Below are positions 63,079-64,000 of a stretch of 64,000 nucleotides of DNA, piece by piece. The stretch comes from Pristiophorus japonicus (lineage: Eukaryota): positions 204,104,001 to 204,168,000 of the forward strand of contig NC_091984.1 of assembly GCF_044704955.1 (NCBI RefSeq), in the 5' to 3' direction. Positions within the stretch are counted from its first letter, which is position 1. Each line of letters opens with the position of its first letter. A program made the translations under genes and the position numbers. Under the pieces are notes generated by a model. The model saw only the letters and a program-made list of their open reading frames with translations, was not told the origin of the DNA and ran no database searches.

Positions 63079-63201
63079 CTCCACCTGGAAATCTTGACAC
63101 ACCTTAATTGAATTGGGAGGGTTCAAGAATACAAATCTGAATTTCCTGAGACCCACGCTCCATTCTGGTAAACACACGGGAAAATGTTCACTGGATGCCA
63201 T
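63079..63201 (-). CDS. uncharacterised gene, coding exon 1
   Basis: Minus strand accATGG Kozak; MASSEHFPVCLPEWSVGLRKFRFVFLNPPNSIKVCQDFQVE|gttggt. An acceptor cctccag lies just upstream (exon start 63222). Confidence 0.75.
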
Positions 63202-63720
63202 GGTTCATTTTTGCCAGATCCCCTGGAGGAACACAATTACTCGGATCTCACAATGAAGACAGTTTCCAGTCAAAAAGAAACTCCAAAATAAAGAGGTAAA
63301 TCTTGAAATGTACAACAGGTTGCTCAGCAACTGAAAGAGAAAGACGAGTGTCTCCGAAATTATGACTCTTCATCAGAAAGGAGTTCTAGGCCTACCAGAA
63401 CCTCACTTGTTTTTGGGCTTAAACATTTCACTGATGTTTGCTGTAACTCGCTCCTAACATCTTCTTTGTGTTGCCCACTCCATATAACAGTTCGGCTTTA
63501 TATCCACAAGAACTTCATTAACGCAGCTCTCCACATGAGGAAGACTCCGATAGTTCATTAATATTATCAGTAGTAATAATACGTCAACTAATAATTATAA
63601 ACCACCGATATTAGGCCAAGTAACTCCTTCTGTTGTCATGGAACGCGTTCGGGTCAACAATTGCTTGCTCTCTGACCTTCGCCCTTTCACCCGGCGGACG
63701 TCACTCAGCCTAGTGACAAG

Positions 63721-63895
63721 ATGGCCGCTGAGCGGGTGGAATTGGATTTTGGGGACCGCCAACTGTTCGAGGAGTTTGAAGATTCAAAGCCTTCTCACGT
63801 CCGTTTTACCGACTCCGAGGATGCGGGCGAGACGGAGGCTATGAAGGGAAAGCTGCAGGAATGCGAGGAGAGCGTAGGTTACCTGAAGGCGGAGA
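63721..63895 (+). CDS. ZCCHC8: ZCCHC8 (NEXT complex scaffold) coding exon 1
   Basis: MAAERVELDFGDRQLFEEFE...HVRF...LQECEESVGYLKAEN resembles recalled human MAAEVYFGDLELFEPF...HTRF...LRQCEETIEQLRAEN. It is syntenic with RSRC2 and ends at an ATATCCTT donor. Confidence 0.88.
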
Positions 63896-63903
63896 ATATC
63901 CTT
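63896..63903 (+). promoter_or_regulatory. U12-type (AT-AC) 5' splice site
   Basis: ATATCCTT matches the minor-spliceosome donor consensus RTATCCTT exactly where protein similarity ends. Confidence 0.8.
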
Positions 63904-64000
63904 CTGTTTCAGTGAAATGTGACTCACAGAATCAAACGGGGCGCCTCAGGAGCGATTGGCTCGTGTCGGAGAAGCCGCGTAAAGTGGGATTAAACGGGGC

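Larger units (their letters stand above)
63600..64000. promoter_or_regulatory. CpG-rich shared promoter/first-exon region of ZCCHC8 and the antisense gene
   Basis: CpG-dense; YY1-type AAGATGGCCGC over the ZCCHC8 ATG; divergent ATGs 520 bp apart. Confidence 0.65.

Noticed and set aside
63896-63915. ZCCHC8-like ORF ending ILLFQ-stop, read as a pseudogene
   Set aside because: Better explained as read-through into a U12 intron.

Overview
Vertebrate genomic DNA, most likely from a cartilaginous fish (inferred from CR1/HER1-like LINEs and DeuSINE- and LF-SINE-like repeats). It is not prokaryotic, and most ORF-track entries are transposon debris. The window holds three genes. (1) A complete RSRC2 gene on + (ATG 449, stop 47052, 10 core coding exons, about 505 aa). 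It has a GC-AG intron, a heptad-expanded RS domain, tandem acceptors at exon 4 and several candidate poison or cassette exons. (2) An unnamed 4-exon gene on - (ATG 63201, stop 54379, 427 aa by my splice reconstruction) with a possible Bro-N-like N-terminus and a DHNY HCF-1-binding motif. (3) The first coding exon of ZCCHC8 on + (63721-63895), head-to-head with the unnamed gene and ending at an AT-AC U12-type donor. Introns are filled with nested CR1 LINEs (one very young subfamily), Harbinger-like TIR elements with variable GC-rich minisatellite cores, hAT and Tc1/mariner-type MITEs and ancient SINEs. A 64-bp near-perfect hairpin lies in RSRC2 intron 1. Gene names come from my recall of human and mouse protein sequences, not from a database search, and most repeat boundaries are approximate.
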